Assembly (NCBI RefSeq): GCF_026210795.1
Contig: NC_089432.1
Span: 5,456,001 to 5,520,000 of the forward strand
Reading direction: 5' to 3'
Length of the DNA stretch: 64,000 nt
Source: Rhizophagus irregularis
Taxonomy: Eukaryota
Made by a program: the position numbers and the translations under genes. Positions 38,938 through 53,500 of this stretch are shown piece after piece. Each line of letters starts with the position of its first letter. Position 1 is the stretch's first letter. The notes under the pieces are model-generated. The model was not told the origin of the DNA. It searched no databases and saw only the letters and a list, made by a program, of their open reading frames with translations.

Positions 38938-39654
38938 AATTGTCCGGAGTGAAGCGAAGGACTATATATGTTTATGAACCTTAACCTTAATGACATATTG
39001 GATCACGTGGCGAAGTCCGTTTGTCCGCACGCGTCATTTCTGCTGATTGGTCTGCACAGAATGTCAGTCGCGATTATTACATAATATATAATAAACTACT
39101 ATTGGCCAGACGACGATTATTAATAATCTAACAAGTGTAATAAGTCTATGATAAACAGTTTCGGCTAGTGAGTATTTTTTTTTAAAGAAATGTTTTTGAT
39201 TTATTTCTTATTTTATTTCTAGGGTTTATGGATTTCTTATACATACCGGACTTTAAAGGTAAATTAGGAAATGGAGGGTTTTTTTATTTGTTTGACTTTA
39301 AAAAAATGTTTCTAATGTTTCATTTCTTACTTTTTTCCTAGGGTTTCTGGATTTCTTGTACATACCGGACTGGTAGTTATTTTTTTTATTTGTTTTGCTT
39401 TAAAGAAACGTTTTAAACGTTTCATTTTTATTTTTTTATCTAGGAACGCGGGTTTTTTGTACATGCCGGACTTTTAAAGGTATATTGTGAAGAGGGGCTT
39501 TTCTTATTTGTTTAACTTTAAAGAAACGTTTCTAACGTTTCATTTTTTTTTTAGGGACGTCAGATCTTTGGTACAAATTGAAATTTTTAAAAGATATTTG
39601 GATTTTTGTACAAAATCTTTCGCTACGGACTTACAACAGTTTCCATTTCCTAGT
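38938..39654 (+). mobile_element. Helentron/Helitron2-like non-autonomous element with internal micro-exon/intron units
   Basis: 5' GTCCGGAGTGAAGCGAAGGAC fold-back; 3' subterminal inverted copy TTTCGCTACGGAC (39618-39630); ends CTAGT. Four internal units ending (T)nCTAG/TAG, the last with AAAGAAACGTTTCTAACGTTTC and the others degenerate. Confidence 0.6.
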
Positions 39655-39838
39655 AATAAGTAAAATTTTGAAGTATAGATTGGATACTAAATTATACATA
39701 AATTGCAAATGAAAACAAATTATAAATAAATATTATTTTAATAATATTTTTATAATGTAAAAATTACACATAATATAAACATTTTCTATATAATAACAGA
39801 TAAATAATTCAACAAATAAAAAATAAATAACAAAATTG

Positions 39839-41945
39839 TTAATCATCAATTATACATTCTAAACACTCAGACTTTTCTTGAACTAACGCTAACATTTCAG
39901 TAAGTTTGCGACTTGTATAATATGCTTGTGGATGAGTTGATATAATAAAAGTATTTTCTTGTTCTTGACCTAAAGCTTCGTTAGCTAATATAAATTCTAA
40001 CATATCATTTTCTAATTGATTATCAACATTAGTTACTTTATAGTAATAATCATCGTCATTCTTATTACTATTTATTCTATAATACTCGTCAATACATCTG
40101 ATCCATTCAGATATGATATTTTCAAGCATTATTATGGTTGGTCTATTGGAAGGATTTGAATCCCAACATTTTTTCATTAAATCTATATAACATTTTGGAG
40201 TACTTATTATAATTTCAGGACGTTTCCCTTCACAAATACTCAAACCAAGGTAATGATCATGTGCTTCATGATTAAATGGAGGTTTACATAAAGTAAATTC
40301 CCACATTATCATTGAAAGACTATAAATGTCACTTGCTAGAGTATAGGGTTTATTTCTTAATATTTCAGGTGCCATATAAGGTATAACTCCATAAATTTCA
40401 TTGACTCCATTATCAGAATCTTGTAAATCACTTACAGGTTTACATAATCCTAAATCAATAATAAATAACTCATTATGATTATCTGACATTAATATTACCA
40501 TCATGAAAATCACCATGAGTTAAATTTGATTCATGAATTACTTTAAGCCCTAATATAATTTTTTTCAATAATTGTAACCTATCTTGCCACTTTAATTTAA
40601 TTATATCAGATAAACATTTTCTCAAACTTCCTTTTCTTGCATAACTCATTACTATTATATAATCTAAATTATTTGGATCTTGGGTAATTCCAAAGAATTG
40701 AATAAATCTTGAAAATGATTTTTTCTGACAATTATAATGATATTTCCACTATATAAATAATAAAAAATTATTAAATTTTGCTAAAGAAATTAAATTTGCT
40801 ATTAAATACAAACACTATACCTCATCAAGAAATTTGCTATCTAAATTTGATGAATTTTTAAGTATCTTAAGAACGACCTCATAACCTGTTTGAAAATTAC
40901 ATCTTTTCCATTTTTGTTTGTCAAAATTCCAACTGTAAATAGGCCCATCAGACCAAATAGCTTTATGAATTTCACTAAATCCTCCTTTATCATAATAATT
41001 GATATTTGATAATCTATTATAAGGTATCCACTCTAAAATTTCATAACTATTTCTAGCATTTAGTTGTGCTTCTTGAATAAATTCATCAATAAATTCATTT
41101 TTACTAGTCCAATTTGAAAAATCTTGCTGAAGTCGCCTAGTATTACATTGTTGACACCACTGGTAATCAATATATGGTTGTTTGCATTCATTACATACTT
41201 CTTCATTTTTAAAACTTGCTTTATTAACTTCTGTTGTTTGCTGATACCAATAAAAGGCTTTTTCTAAATTCATTTCTGTTCCTTCTCCATCTTTATAACA
41301 TATGGCTAATTTAAACATTGCATCAGTACAACCATTTTCTGCTGCTTTTTGAAACCAATAAAAGGTTTTTTCTAAATTCATTTCTGTTCCTTCCCCATCT
41401 TTATAACATATGGCTAATTTAAACATTGCATTTTCTGCTGCTTTTTGATACCAATAAAAGGCTTTTTCTAAATTCTTTTCTGTTCCTTCTCCATTTCTAT
41501 AACATATGGCTAAATTAAACATTGCATCAGTATCACCATTTTCTGCTGCTTTTTGATACCAATAAAAGGCTTTTTCTAAATTCTTTTTTGCTGCTTTTTG
41601 ATACCAATGAAAGACTTTTTCTAAATCTTTTTCTGTTTCTTCCCCATCTTTATAAAATATGGCTAAATTAAACATTGCATCAGTATCACCATTTTCTGCT
41701 GCTTTTTGATACCAATAAAAAGATTTTTCTAAATTCTTTTCTGTTTCTTCTCCATTTTTATAACATTTGGCTAAATTAAACATTGCTTCTTTATCACCAT
41801 TTTCTGCTAATTTTTCTAATGAATTAATACATTTTTTACACCATAATTCCTCATTAAAAGGTTTATTGCAATATGAACAATTCTCAGTGTTTACTGTATC
41901 AGTATCTTTATTTGAGATTTTTGATTCACTAAATTTGGTTTCCAT
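39839..41945 (-). pseudogene. Sel1-repeat plus kinase gene with a frameshift just after the catalytic loop
   Basis: Exon 1 41945-40821 (Sel1 repeats, CxxC..WCxxC, KGGFSEI, VVLK). Exon 2 from 40748 reads WKYHY..THGDFHDGNI then NVR*. The rest (LMSD..IDLGL..YMAPE..CWDSNPSNRP) is in another frame from ~40490. Confidence 0.8.
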
Positions 41946-43895
41946 TTGGTTATCTTAGAAATTTATTTTATTTTTTTTTACAAAAAATTTTTTTTTAATC
42001 AATATGTCGTGATTAAATTACTAAAAAGGAATATTTTAACCAAAGTAGAGGTTACAACAAAAAATTTATGGGCCCAATTTTTTCGATGCATTAATCTGCA
42101 TTGAAAAATTCCTTTAAAGTAAATCATATCAATTAATTAAGTAATGATAAATAAACTAGGACTTTTCCCAATTCTATAAAACTATTGTAAGTGAATATTA
42201 ACGTAGCTTTTAATCATGTAGATCTTGCGTTTTATGGATAATACCGGCCACAATTTTATTGCCAGTTTATTGCCTATTTTAGATACTGACTGACATTATT
42301 TAATTCCGGTCCTAAGAAATTCATACTATATATATTTTGGGGTCCTTAACTTAAAAAATTAAATTTCATTATTTTGTATATATGACACACAATAAAAGAA
42401 ATCTTTATTCCTTTTTTTTTCCTCAAAAATTAGAAGCAATAAAAAATTACAAATATGTACTATGTATCATAATAATTATTTAAAGTATTTATTAATACTA
42501 TAAAAATTAAAAAAATATACCTGATTTGATGATGATGAGTATGTATATATTTATAATAAAAATGTATATCTTAATAATTTAATAAATATTCTATCTCATA
42601 CGTTTTTTTGTTGTACTGTATGAAAAATCCTGTTAAAAATGAAAAATTGAAAAAAATATCTTGCTGCAGCGCCATAGGGCACAGTTCAGGAAATTGCCAG
42701 ATTTATTAACCTTCATGCAATGGATGATTTAGCTAGAAGTCAACTATAATAATTATTTTAAAAAATTCCTTTTTGATTTTATGAAGTCACGAGTTTTTTA
42801 ACCCTTTTAATAAAATTAGACGAACTAAATAATTTACAAAGTTTTGATATGGAGGAGAACGGTTTTTTCATTACAGTATGCAACCAAGTTTTAAATGATC
42901 GTTTCATATTTTACATGCCTCTTCTTTACGCAATTACACTGCTGAAACACTAAAGTTCTTTATGTTTATTTTATTTATTATCTAGATAGAAAGTAATTAT
43001 TACTTCTTTTTAGACAGTTCAAAGCATTATTGTAATCATCTTATAGATAGAACGAAAGAAAATTGATATTAGTTTAAGAAATCAATAAAATTCTCTTTCT
43101 CACTAATCTAGAGACGCCAAGGGTTTTATAATTCCAGTTTTAATCTCATGTCCGATCAATATTATCAGTTATTTCCACAGCATCCCAAAGAAAAAAATAT
43201 AAGTCCTATTTAAAAAAGAAATTTGTCTCGCCTCTTTTCAGTCTTATCACTTATTTACTCTCTTATATTCTTTATTCCAGTTAAATACTTTCCAGTATAT
43301 TGAAATTTAAATTACAATTTTGATAATAATTCTTAAGTATTGCAATATTTTTTATTATAAAGTTAGCTGTATAAAAGTGGGTTATCAGATTAGAGTTTTA
43401 TCTTCTTATTTCAGAATAGGACAAAAATGCATTTTTTTTTTAAAAAAAAAAGAAAGAAAAATAAAAAATAAAATAAAAAATAAACAAAATGATTGGTCAT
43501 TGTAATGCTCATTCTTTTTCGAAAATATGCATTAGAAGGTAGTTACTTGATATAAAAAGAAGTATACAGTCACTCGATATATTGAAGAATTTAAAGAATT
43601 TAATTGGCTGATTCGTTATAACAAGGGATATCTGACATATTTGAAATGATTGAAATGACGTTTAACTAATGTAATTACTAATGCAGAACATAGGGTTACT
43701 TGATTACTTCACTTGTTTTCTTATTATTTACTAATATTGTATGATGAAAAACTATTGATGAAAAAATTAGTCAAACAAATCATGGTTTATAGGATCATGC
43801 AATAAAATTATGACACTATCATAAATAAATATTAATTCTTTTTCTTTACTTCTTTTCATCCATTTTGCCTGAAAAAAAAAGAAAAGAAAAAAAAA

Positions 43896-45323
43896 ATGTC
43901 AAAATTAAATAGTGATATTCTTGAACAAATTTTTCAAGATTTAAATGATTTAAATCAAAATATAGAATATAGAATATCTCTATTTCCTTGTTTATTAGTT
44001 AATAAACTTTGGTATGAAGTTATGATTCCAATTTTATGGAGTTATCCTTATAAAAATGTTTATAATGAAAAATTATTATTCAATATTATCATTTCACATT
44101 TATCAGATAAAATAATAAAACTTTTAATAGATAAAAATATCATTAAAGCAGATTTTCAAAAACAAAAACTTTCATTTAATTATGTTAAATTTTGCAAATA
44201 TCTTAATAATATTGAGATAATTTTTCCAAATGAATCAAGATTATTAAGGAAAAAAATTTATAAACATTTTATTAGAGAATGTTCATCAATAAAATGTTTA
44301 AGTAAAGATATGTTATATTATCCATTATATAAATATCCAAGAGCAAATATTTCACTTTCAAATCTATATGAGTTAAATTGTGATATAAAAGAGAAAACTT
44401 TTTATTTTTATCATGAATTGGCACAAATATGCAGATCAATAGAAAAAATTAGAATAAATATTTACAAAGTTAGAAATGATGAGTTTGATGAAATTGTGGA
44501 ATTAATTGAAATGCAAAAACAAATTAAATACATAAGTATACTAGATGAACGAAATGAACGTTTACTAGATGAAAATGATAAATGTAATAGGATTATCCAA
44601 TCTTTAGAAAAACATGTGAATTCAATTAATTATATAGATGTAATTATGAATACTTCTTCCCTACATTTTTCCTTTTCAAAATTAATTAATTTGCAATTCT
44701 TAAAAATACTTAATAAAAAGATGTATGAAATAAGTGAAAATTTTGAAAAGTACATAATGAAAGCAAGTTATTATAAACTTCAAATACTTGATCTACAGTC
44801 CATACCACTTCATATAGTCATAAAAATAATTCAAAATACCAATGGAAATCTTTATAAAATTAAAATTAGATATCCTGATTGCGATCAAGCAAAAGAATAT
44901 AATCGGACAATTCATAAATATTGTCCAAATATAAAATATGTTACAATATTTTTGAATAGAAGTAACACCCTGAAAGAATTAAAGAATATCCTCATCAAGT
45001 GCCAACACTTGGAAGCAATAGATATGGACGAGTATATCGAACATAAATATCTTAATAAATTCCTGGATTTGTTGATTAAATTAGCTCCACTCACTTTATA
45101 CAAAATTCACATTCATAATGAATTTGAAAATTTTAATATAAAATCTTTAAAATTATTTTTTAATAATTGGAATCTTATGAGTAAAAAAACTTTACACTTA
45201 TATTATCATAATAATCATAATAATGATTGGTTTGAGTTTATTGAAAATCATAAAATAAAAGGAGTTATTGGATATAAATATCATGATAATGATTTTTGGA
45301 ATTATGAGCAAGACGTATTATAA
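43896..45323 (+). CDS. F-box / RNI-like leucine-rich repeat protein
   Basis: 475-aa ORF; N-terminus LNSDILEQIF..SLFPCLLVNKLW..IPILW; LRR-like C-terminus (YCPNIKYV, KCQHLEAI). Confidence 0.88.
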   Translation: MSKLNSDILEQIFQDLNDLNQNIEYRISLFPCLLVNKLWYEVMIPILWSYPYKNVYNEKLLFNIIISHLSDKIIKLLIDKNIIKADFQKQKLSFNYVKFCKYLNNIEIIFPNESRLLRKKIYKHFIRECSSIKCLSKDMLYYPLYKYPRANISLSNLYELNCDIKEKTFYFYHELAQICRSIEKIRINIYKVRNDEFDEIVELIEMQKQIKYISILDERNERLLDENDKCNRIIQSLEKHVNSINYIDVIMNTSSLHFSFSKLINLQFLKILNKKMYEISENFEKYIMKASYYKLQILDLQSIPLHIVIKIIQNTNGNLYKIKIRYPDCDQAKEYNRTIHKYCPNIKYVTIFLNRSNTLKELKNILIKCQHLEAIDMDEYIEHKYLNKFLDLLIKLAPLTLYKIHIHNEFENFNIKSLKLFFNNWNLMSKKTLHLYYHNNHNNDWFEFIENHKIKGVIGYKYHDNDFWNYEQDVL

Positions 45324-45923
45324 TAGGAATTGTTTGGAGGAAATAACAACATATTTGTGTGCATAATAATATAAATAGTAATTATCATTATCAAAACTAT
45401 TAAAATAAAAACATTTAATGCTTTTACAGCTGTATTTCAACAAAATGTTCAAACTAGCCATCAATTGTATATTAATATTATATAAATAGCGTCTGTGGTA
45501 TCGTATTATCGAAATATACTGGCACAAGCAGTGTTTTAACTTGATATATATTATTATTAAAAAAATGCACATACTCAATACTATTAACGTTTTTTATTTT
45601 GCGTCATAGATATATACAAGGGATTACGCTTCACATCTCTGTTTACTATTATTGATAACAACTAGTTTTCTTCTAAAATGTCCCTGAAACAGGAGCTAAT
45701 CCCGATTAAATTGATTGGTTAATTTTTGAATAAAAAAATACTTAAATAATTTATTTATTTTATAAAATAATTGTTCTACAAAAAAAATTTATTAATTCAT
45801 CGATTGACCAAAATGATAATAGCTTTGTAATAATTCCCATCAAAGCCATATTTATTTATATTTCGTAAATGAAAAAATTTGTTCTTATGAACTTTATTAA
45901 CAAAAGTATATACAGATTAAACA

Positions 45924-47230
45924 TTACGTACCCATTGTCCTCTTAATATTCTCATTTTCAAGCCAACTTTTTGAACGCAATAATGCACGAGACGTATCTG
46001 GTTGCAATCTATTTCTTGCGCGAGTTATAGTATTACTCGCTACAGAAAATGCTTGCTCGCACGCAACACTAGTGGTCTGAATGGATAAATGGTCTCGTGC
46101 TATTTCTCCTAATGTTGGAAACTCTTGAAAATGGCCTGCCACCATAACAATGGTGTAACATTATCATCACATAGATACTGGTCAATCTCTTCATTAATTC
46201 CAGTTGATATCGTCTTGCAATATTTGATGTAGTATCATTATTTAATCGTCTCCTCTTAAATTGATTAAAGTATTCACGAGTACTTGCTACTTCACCATTG
46301 TCAAGATTAATTACAGATAAAATAAGTTTTGTGCGTGGATCTAGTACTGCATTTTTTGAAGTATTGATGATGATACTACTTCACTTTGACCAAATCCTTC
46401 TATCATTTAGTTGTTGTTGAATTTCAAGGAATAAAATCCTTACATCAGAAATGGTGGTATATGAAGCAATAACGCTTTTTCTAATGGATCGAGTAATGTA
46501 AGAGTACTATCATATTCATGTAAGTCTTTATTTTTTAGATTAGATATGTTATTATTTACGTTATTAATGATGAATAGAAAAATAAAACTAGCGCTTACAT
46601 TATTTTTATCCATCCTTATGCGTCTGGTACAATTTTCTAATGTCCTGATCTGTTGCAGCTAACATTTCAATAGGACGCAACATTTTTTTGGAATTTCACA
46701 ATCATGTAATAGGTGCTATTCAACATCTAATTATGTAATATGTTGAATTTTTTTCATTAACTCACGAATTTTAAAAACTTCAATCATCAATAATTTCAAT
46801 TTCTTGCTGCTCGGCCAAATTTATAATATATGCACCTATAATGTCAAAAAGACCGATCTTGTAAGTTCTTCTGCAATTATTCTTTCACAAATTACCATTG
46901 CCGATTCATTATCAGTAGTTATAGCTATATTGACTTTAATATGACGGGTAGTAAAAGAAATAATATCTAGTAACAAGTTTTTTAGGTTCCAATTATTGTC
47001 AATATAATGAATTATAAGGCCAAGGAATGCATCATTATTACATTCACATATCTGCTGTTAATTTAGATCTTGTATATTTTTACGTTTTTCTTTAAAATAA
47101 TCAACTGCCAAAGTTTTTACTGATTTTTTTTAATTCGGAATTTGATATCAAAGAATCAAATTTATTGACCATAATCTTTAAATTACAAGTTTTCAGCAGA
47201 TGAAGGGTTGTGTTTCTCTCCTCACTTCCC
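45924..47230 (-). pseudogene. hAT transposase relic
   Basis: C-terminal dimerisation motif FPTLGEIARDHLSIQTTSVACEQAFS; upstream IAITTDNESAM and AFLGLIIHYIDNNWNL; many lesions. Confidence 0.8.
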
Positions 47231-50200
47231 TCCTCGATCTTAAGGAATATTTATAACGAAAATTCCAATGCGTAAATTTGATCATGGGCCAACTTATTAC
47301 ACTATTACACTGGACAATTTGTCCCATGAAATGGATCGGTCCTGCTTACATAATCACGATCATCATCATTAAAACCCGTGACATTGGGGTGTGCGATATA
47401 CTATGTTTAGTATAGTCTAGTAAACTTTCATTATTGAATATTTTTGCGTAGTATTTATTATTCCATTAATAGAATTAATATAAATATATGAAAACTATGT
47501 ATAATTTGTAAATAAATCATTGAATATTTCTTTTGAGTTTATTTAAAGTTTATTTGGATGAAAGTGATGATTTTGGTGATGACGATAATTTCGAAGTAAA
47601 TTATCAAAGCAATATTTAAAACTATTCTCCTCGTTCAATTTTAAATGTAAAGGGTTCTAGCTGCAGAACCCATTCTTTTAATAAATTGAGTTTTTTGATA
47701 CAAAATCATCCTATAAAGATTTAGTTAATGAATGTTTATCATGAAATCTTTCAAAAAATAAAATTAATTAAACAAGCTGTTTAAAGACAGAATGAAAAAA
47801 CGCAATATTATGTTAAAGTTTGGGATAAATTAATCTAAGTTGATAATATTTATAAATCAAGATAATCCCAGTTAAAATTTGTCTTATAAATTATATTTCA
47901 CTTGGCAAATAACGGACTTTGTTTTTTACTTTTTCAGTTCTCATAAATCGGAAAATTTATTAAGTACCTTTTTTTGATTTATCAGATACCTTTTTTTTGA
48001 TTCTCTCAAACTGGAAATTTATTTTCTTTTCTTTTCAAACCAAATAAAATTGATTTTAATTTGGTTTTTTTTAATCAAAATATTTTTTTAGATTTTTTTT
48101 TTACGTTGAATTTTTTTTCTTATTAATATTAATAAATAAAACTAATAAATTCTTTTTTTATTTTATTATTCGTTTTTATTGTATTTATTTATTTATTGCT
48201 AACACTAATAAAATGATTCATTCTTTTTATTAAATGAGATTTTTTTAATTTTTTTAATTCACTCAAAATCCTTTACATAAAGGTGATCAATTGACCAAAT
48301 ATTTTTTTTTCAAAAAAACATAAAGTCTTTTTATGCAAACACTACAAAACATCTTTTTATTAAAACACTTAATAATAAGAAATGGAAAAATAAAATTTTG
48401 GTTTTATGAAAAAGATAGACAAAATTAGAAAATTTTCGTAGTGAGATTTTTTTTTTTTATAAAATAAAACTTTTTGATAAAGATTTTTTTTTTAATATAG
48501 GTAAAGTTTTTCTTCGATAGAATTTCTTTGGGAAATTATTTTTTATAATAAGATTTTTATTTATAAAACATTTCATTAGAGAATTTTTTTATTGATAGGG
48601 GAATTTCTTTAATAGAGGAATTTTTTTTTTTGATAGATAATTTTGTTAAATTTGTTAAAAAAAAAATTTTCCAGCAAAATTATCTATAAAAAAAATCTTT
48701 TAACAGGAGAGATATTTTTTTGATAGAGGAGAGTTTTTTTTGATAAGGAAATTCATTGAGAATTTTTTTTAATGGATAAGAATCTTTTTTTGGATTTTTA
48801 TTAGTAGGGAGGGAATATGCGATTTTGATGGAAGATCTTCGTTAGAAATTTTTTTCTTTAAATAAGGGATATTTTTTGATTGAGAATTTTTTCTTTAATA
48901 GAGGAGTTTTTTTTTTTTTTGATAACTTTGTTGGTTGAAAAGTTTTTTTATAGGTGATTCTTTTATTGATAGAAAATTTTGTTTAGAAGTCTTTTTAATA
49001 GAAAATTTTATTGAATATAATTTTTTTTAATAAGAGTATTGAGAATTTTGGCTTAAAATTTTTTTTTATTAAAGAATTTCGTTAGAGATCTTTCTTTTTA
49101 TAATTAAATTATAAAATTATTTCATCCATAATAAACCACACGTATAAAAAATTAAAAGATTTTGTATAAAAAAAAAATGTTTAATTTTTATATAGTTTTT
49201 AATTGATTAAAATTTTTATTATAATCTAAAATACATTTATCATGAATGGGAAAAAATCTATTATCCCGTTACATCATATTATAGGTCCATGTGATTTACC
49301 ACCGAAGTCAAAAATAATTGAAATTGGGACGAACCAAAGATAAAATAAATGAGAAGATAAATGGATGGCCAAAATTGAAATAAATCTGAAATCAAATATA
49401 AAGTAAAAATGAAATCACAAAGTATAAAGAAAATAAAAAATCCAACCAAAGAAAAAGAAACCCAAGATGAAATCCAATAGGAAACCCGAAGGTTAAAGAA
49501 GCCCAAAGAAGAAATACGAAAAAAAATTCAAAGAAAAACTCAAGAAAATCAAAAGAAAGACCCAAGGAAAAGAAATCCAATGAAATCAAAGAAGAAATCT
49601 AAAGAAGTCCAAGAAAAAACTGGCCAAAAATAGAAGAAACCCAAAAATAAAACTAGTTAGTTACTGTGGACTTCTGAAATTCTGAAAAACTTGAAACTTT
49701 GGTACGCTTCAGTGAACGATAAATAGAATTCAAATTGTAATAATAAATATCCAAATAATATATTAATAAACCACACATATAAATTAATTGTCTTGCCCTT
49801 AAACCTACTACTATAATTTATCAGCTTCGTTAATATTTGAGAAATATTAAATATGAAACATCAATTTGTTGAGAATCATTAATATTATTGTGGAACATCA
49901 ATTTGTAGAGATTCTTTTTTAATAAATAATAGAATTCAATTAGTATTTTTTCATAGTAATAATCATAAGAATTTTTTGGTTCAGGAAGATTTTTTCTTCT
50001 GGATGTGCTTCCAAACTAGTTGAACACAATTAAATTGGATTTTGGACACTTTTAATATTAAAAATTGGACTAGGTCCTTGACAAATTTTTATTGCTAAAT
50101 TTCATTATGTTTTATTTACAACCCTCATTTTATTGATATGACATGTTAAAAAAGGAGGAGGTGTATAACGTAAAAGGATTGATCAGATCGATAAAAAATT

Positions 50201-50595
50201 TATCTCATTTAAAAATCTTATCTAGAGATGAATAAAGTAATATAACTCTTTTTTTTTCTTCAATATAATAATGATAATTTTAGGATTCGTTTCAACAATA
50301 ATTCCGATATTAATATTAAATGTGAAGTTAAAATATCTACGCATTACATATATACAAATTTAGCTGTGCTATTTTGAAATAATATACAAACGCGTAACTC
50401 CGTGATATCAATAAAACTTTAATAATTAAATAGTTTATTGAGGTGAATCCACCTATTAATCAAGAAGAATTTTTTTAAGTCATTTTCCAAACACTGCTTT
50501 ACATTACTAAAAATATTGACAAATATATTTAAATATATAAATTAATTTAAATCTCATTTAATCATTCATAAAAAATTACTGCAAAGTATAATATA

Positions 50596-53500
50596 CTATT
50601 TTTTGGGGAGTTTTTTTACACGCCTAATTCTTTCCACTAGCTTCTTAATGGCTGGTCCAAAAATATATTCCATGTTACGATCATCCACAACAATCACAAG
50701 GTCACCATATTCATTGAACCGAAATAACTCTGGTCTTTTGTCTTTTCTATGTGGAAGCTCCAGTAAAACATAAATATGTCTTTGATTCTCTGTAGAAGTT
50801 TTGATTTGCTCGTGATAATTTGCGTGCTCAGGGACCTTAGATATCCGATAGTTCTTGGTATTCTCAGTGTAGTTTAAATCATAATTTAAATCTTTCTTCC
50901 CTTTCTTCTTTTCCTTCTTCTTTTCTTTCTTCTTTTCCTTCTCTCTTTCTAAATTGTCCCCTTCATTAGCTGTGGAGTCATACGGTAAATCATTACTCTT
51001 ACCAAGAAGGCGTTTTGGTTTCCTAGAAGAAAATTCTTCTTCATCTTTTTTCCGCTTTCTTGAACATTCCATATTGTCCCCTTCATTAGCTGTAAAGTCA
51101 TACGGTAAATCATTACTCTTATCAAGACCAATTTGGAGGCGGTTTGGTTTCCTAGAAGAAAATTGTTCTTCATCTTTTTTTCGACATTCCATATATTGAT
51201 GCCTCAAACATGCCTTCATTGACTGTTCCATGACTTTATCTTTATTAATAGGATCACAAGAAACTGTACAGCTTACCGATACTAGCAGCGTATTGTGATT
51301 ATCATCTGCAAGATAAAACACAACATCTGATCCTGAGTATATCTCCGGTTGAATTGCATAAGAGTAATACATCGGATCACTAACATATTTGACTATAGGA
51401 ATGCATCCTGATAGATTTGAAGTTGTAACAAACTCCATTGTGGGAGTGATCCATGAAGGAAGGTCAAATTGTTGTCCATTTTTCCATTTATTAAGTTCTT
51501 TTCGTGCATTAAACCCACGTTTATTAATGATTGCTGTAATAAAAACTGCATCAAGTTCATTGCCAATTGATGAAATATTATTAAGCGTGATAATGTTGTC
51601 AACAAAGACATCTACCATTTGTCTTTGTGTCTTTTTTAGATATAATGCAATGCCGTCAATAAGATAAGATTCAAACGATGGGTTTATTTCGATTTCATTA
51701 GAAACTTCATCTTTAGAGCCAAGAACAATGCATTCTGGTGACATGCAAGGAATGATGCTATGCTGGAGAAGTCTTATAGCTTCCATGTAATTATGATTAT
51801 AAAAAACACGAAGTCTAAGAACATCCATAATTGCTTTCTCTGGATTTATATGATCTGCACCAAAATATTCACACGCAGTTAGCAAATATTTTGCCATATC
51901 AGAGCACATGTTGTTATACCACAACGGAATAAGTGCTTTTAACACTTGATTTTTCGTTTTACCAATTGATCTATTCTTTGTTATTAATAGCTGAACAAAT
52001 GATGCACAGTTTCGAGGTCGCCCCTGGAGAACATATCCTAAGAGGTCGCGAATGTTTGGCATAACATGCGTCATATCAAATACGGCATCAAGGTTACGCA
52101 GGACATCATCATATAAGAGAAAGGGAAGTTTTAGAACAATATGAGCGTGCATACGTGGGAATTTTCCAATAGAAGTGACAAGAGAAATTCCGCTCGCCAT
52201 ATGCATGTATGTTCCAGCAAGAAGGCAGGTAACGGGATGCTGGATAAGATGTGCTACATAACCTTGCAAAAGACTCCACTTTTTGCCAGGAACTGAACTC
52301 CCTTCATATTTTCCATATACGGACTCACATAGGACTTGTGCCTCATCAAATATTAAGACTAGATTACTTATACTGAGTAAATCGTTAATCTCTTGGATAA
52401 TATTGGAAAAGTAAAGACTTGTTTTATCATAAATTTCATTGCCTAATTTCTCTCGGATTTTAGAATCAGTCATGTTTCGAAGCTGTACAAACAGCCATTC
52501 ACTTGGTGTTGAAATTTTTCCCTCAGTAAGCATCTTAATAAGTAAAAGTCCGCGTGAGATTACTGCTATGTCAAGCAATTGAAATGCTCTATTTTGTTGA
52601 TCAATACGTTCAAACTGGGGGTTTGCACCTCTGATTTCTTTAAGCTCTGATTGCAACTGGCTGCCAGGATAATTCCCTAAGCGAGGAGAAAAATCAATAT
52701 AAATTGACCAATTTTTCATAGCAATTCCAAATGATGTTGATGTTTTTCCACCACCTGAAACCCCAGAAATCACAATTATGTCTCCCGGATTTTCATCAAT
52801 CTTTGTTTGCACAAGAGAAACTATTTTTGTGAATTGTGGATCATCATAAAAGGGATTGTGATAGTTCATTCCGGATTTACTATAGGAAGGGAGACACAGA
52901 TCAACCGTTTTTGAAGTTTCCTTGGTTATCCCACGGGGAAAATTTACTTTGAAAAAAGAGGGTTCCTTCTTCAGTTCAACATACGGATCATTTTGTTGGC
53001 CTGGGAAGTCATTATACGCTACCCTGACGTCCCAAATCAAGGCGAGCGCGTCAATAAGCTCTGAAGAAATCTCTACGTGTGGAAAGGTCTTCAAAACTAA
53101 AAAAACAAGAGTGAGCGTGAGCGAAAAGTTAAAGAGCCAAACTACTAGTGTAACGAACCTTTGTTTTTAATTTCAATTTTAACTTCGTCAGAAGGGATGT
53201 ACTTCGGCGTAACTAATGCAGTGAAATAAAAAGAAATAAAACACTTAAAATCCGCTTGTTATTATTGATTGTAGACTTAAGCCTACAAAAAAGCCAATTT
53301 TGTTTGAGAGGTAAACCATTGGGAGACACTTACCAGTGGTGGCAGGCGGAGGCGTTGGAATTTGTACGATGATACGGATATGCTTGGAGTCATACGTAAA
53401 GATGTCGCCAATATCATCAACTGGAGACAACTTTTTACCTCCGAGTTCTTGTATAATAATTTTTTCTTTCTCCATATCACGGGATCTGTTTTGAAGTGTT

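Noticed and set aside
47900..50100. T-rich region with loose GATAG/GAATTTT repeats and short Phe-rich ORFs
   Set aside because: Probably a decayed repeat interior; no termini or coding signal could be supported.
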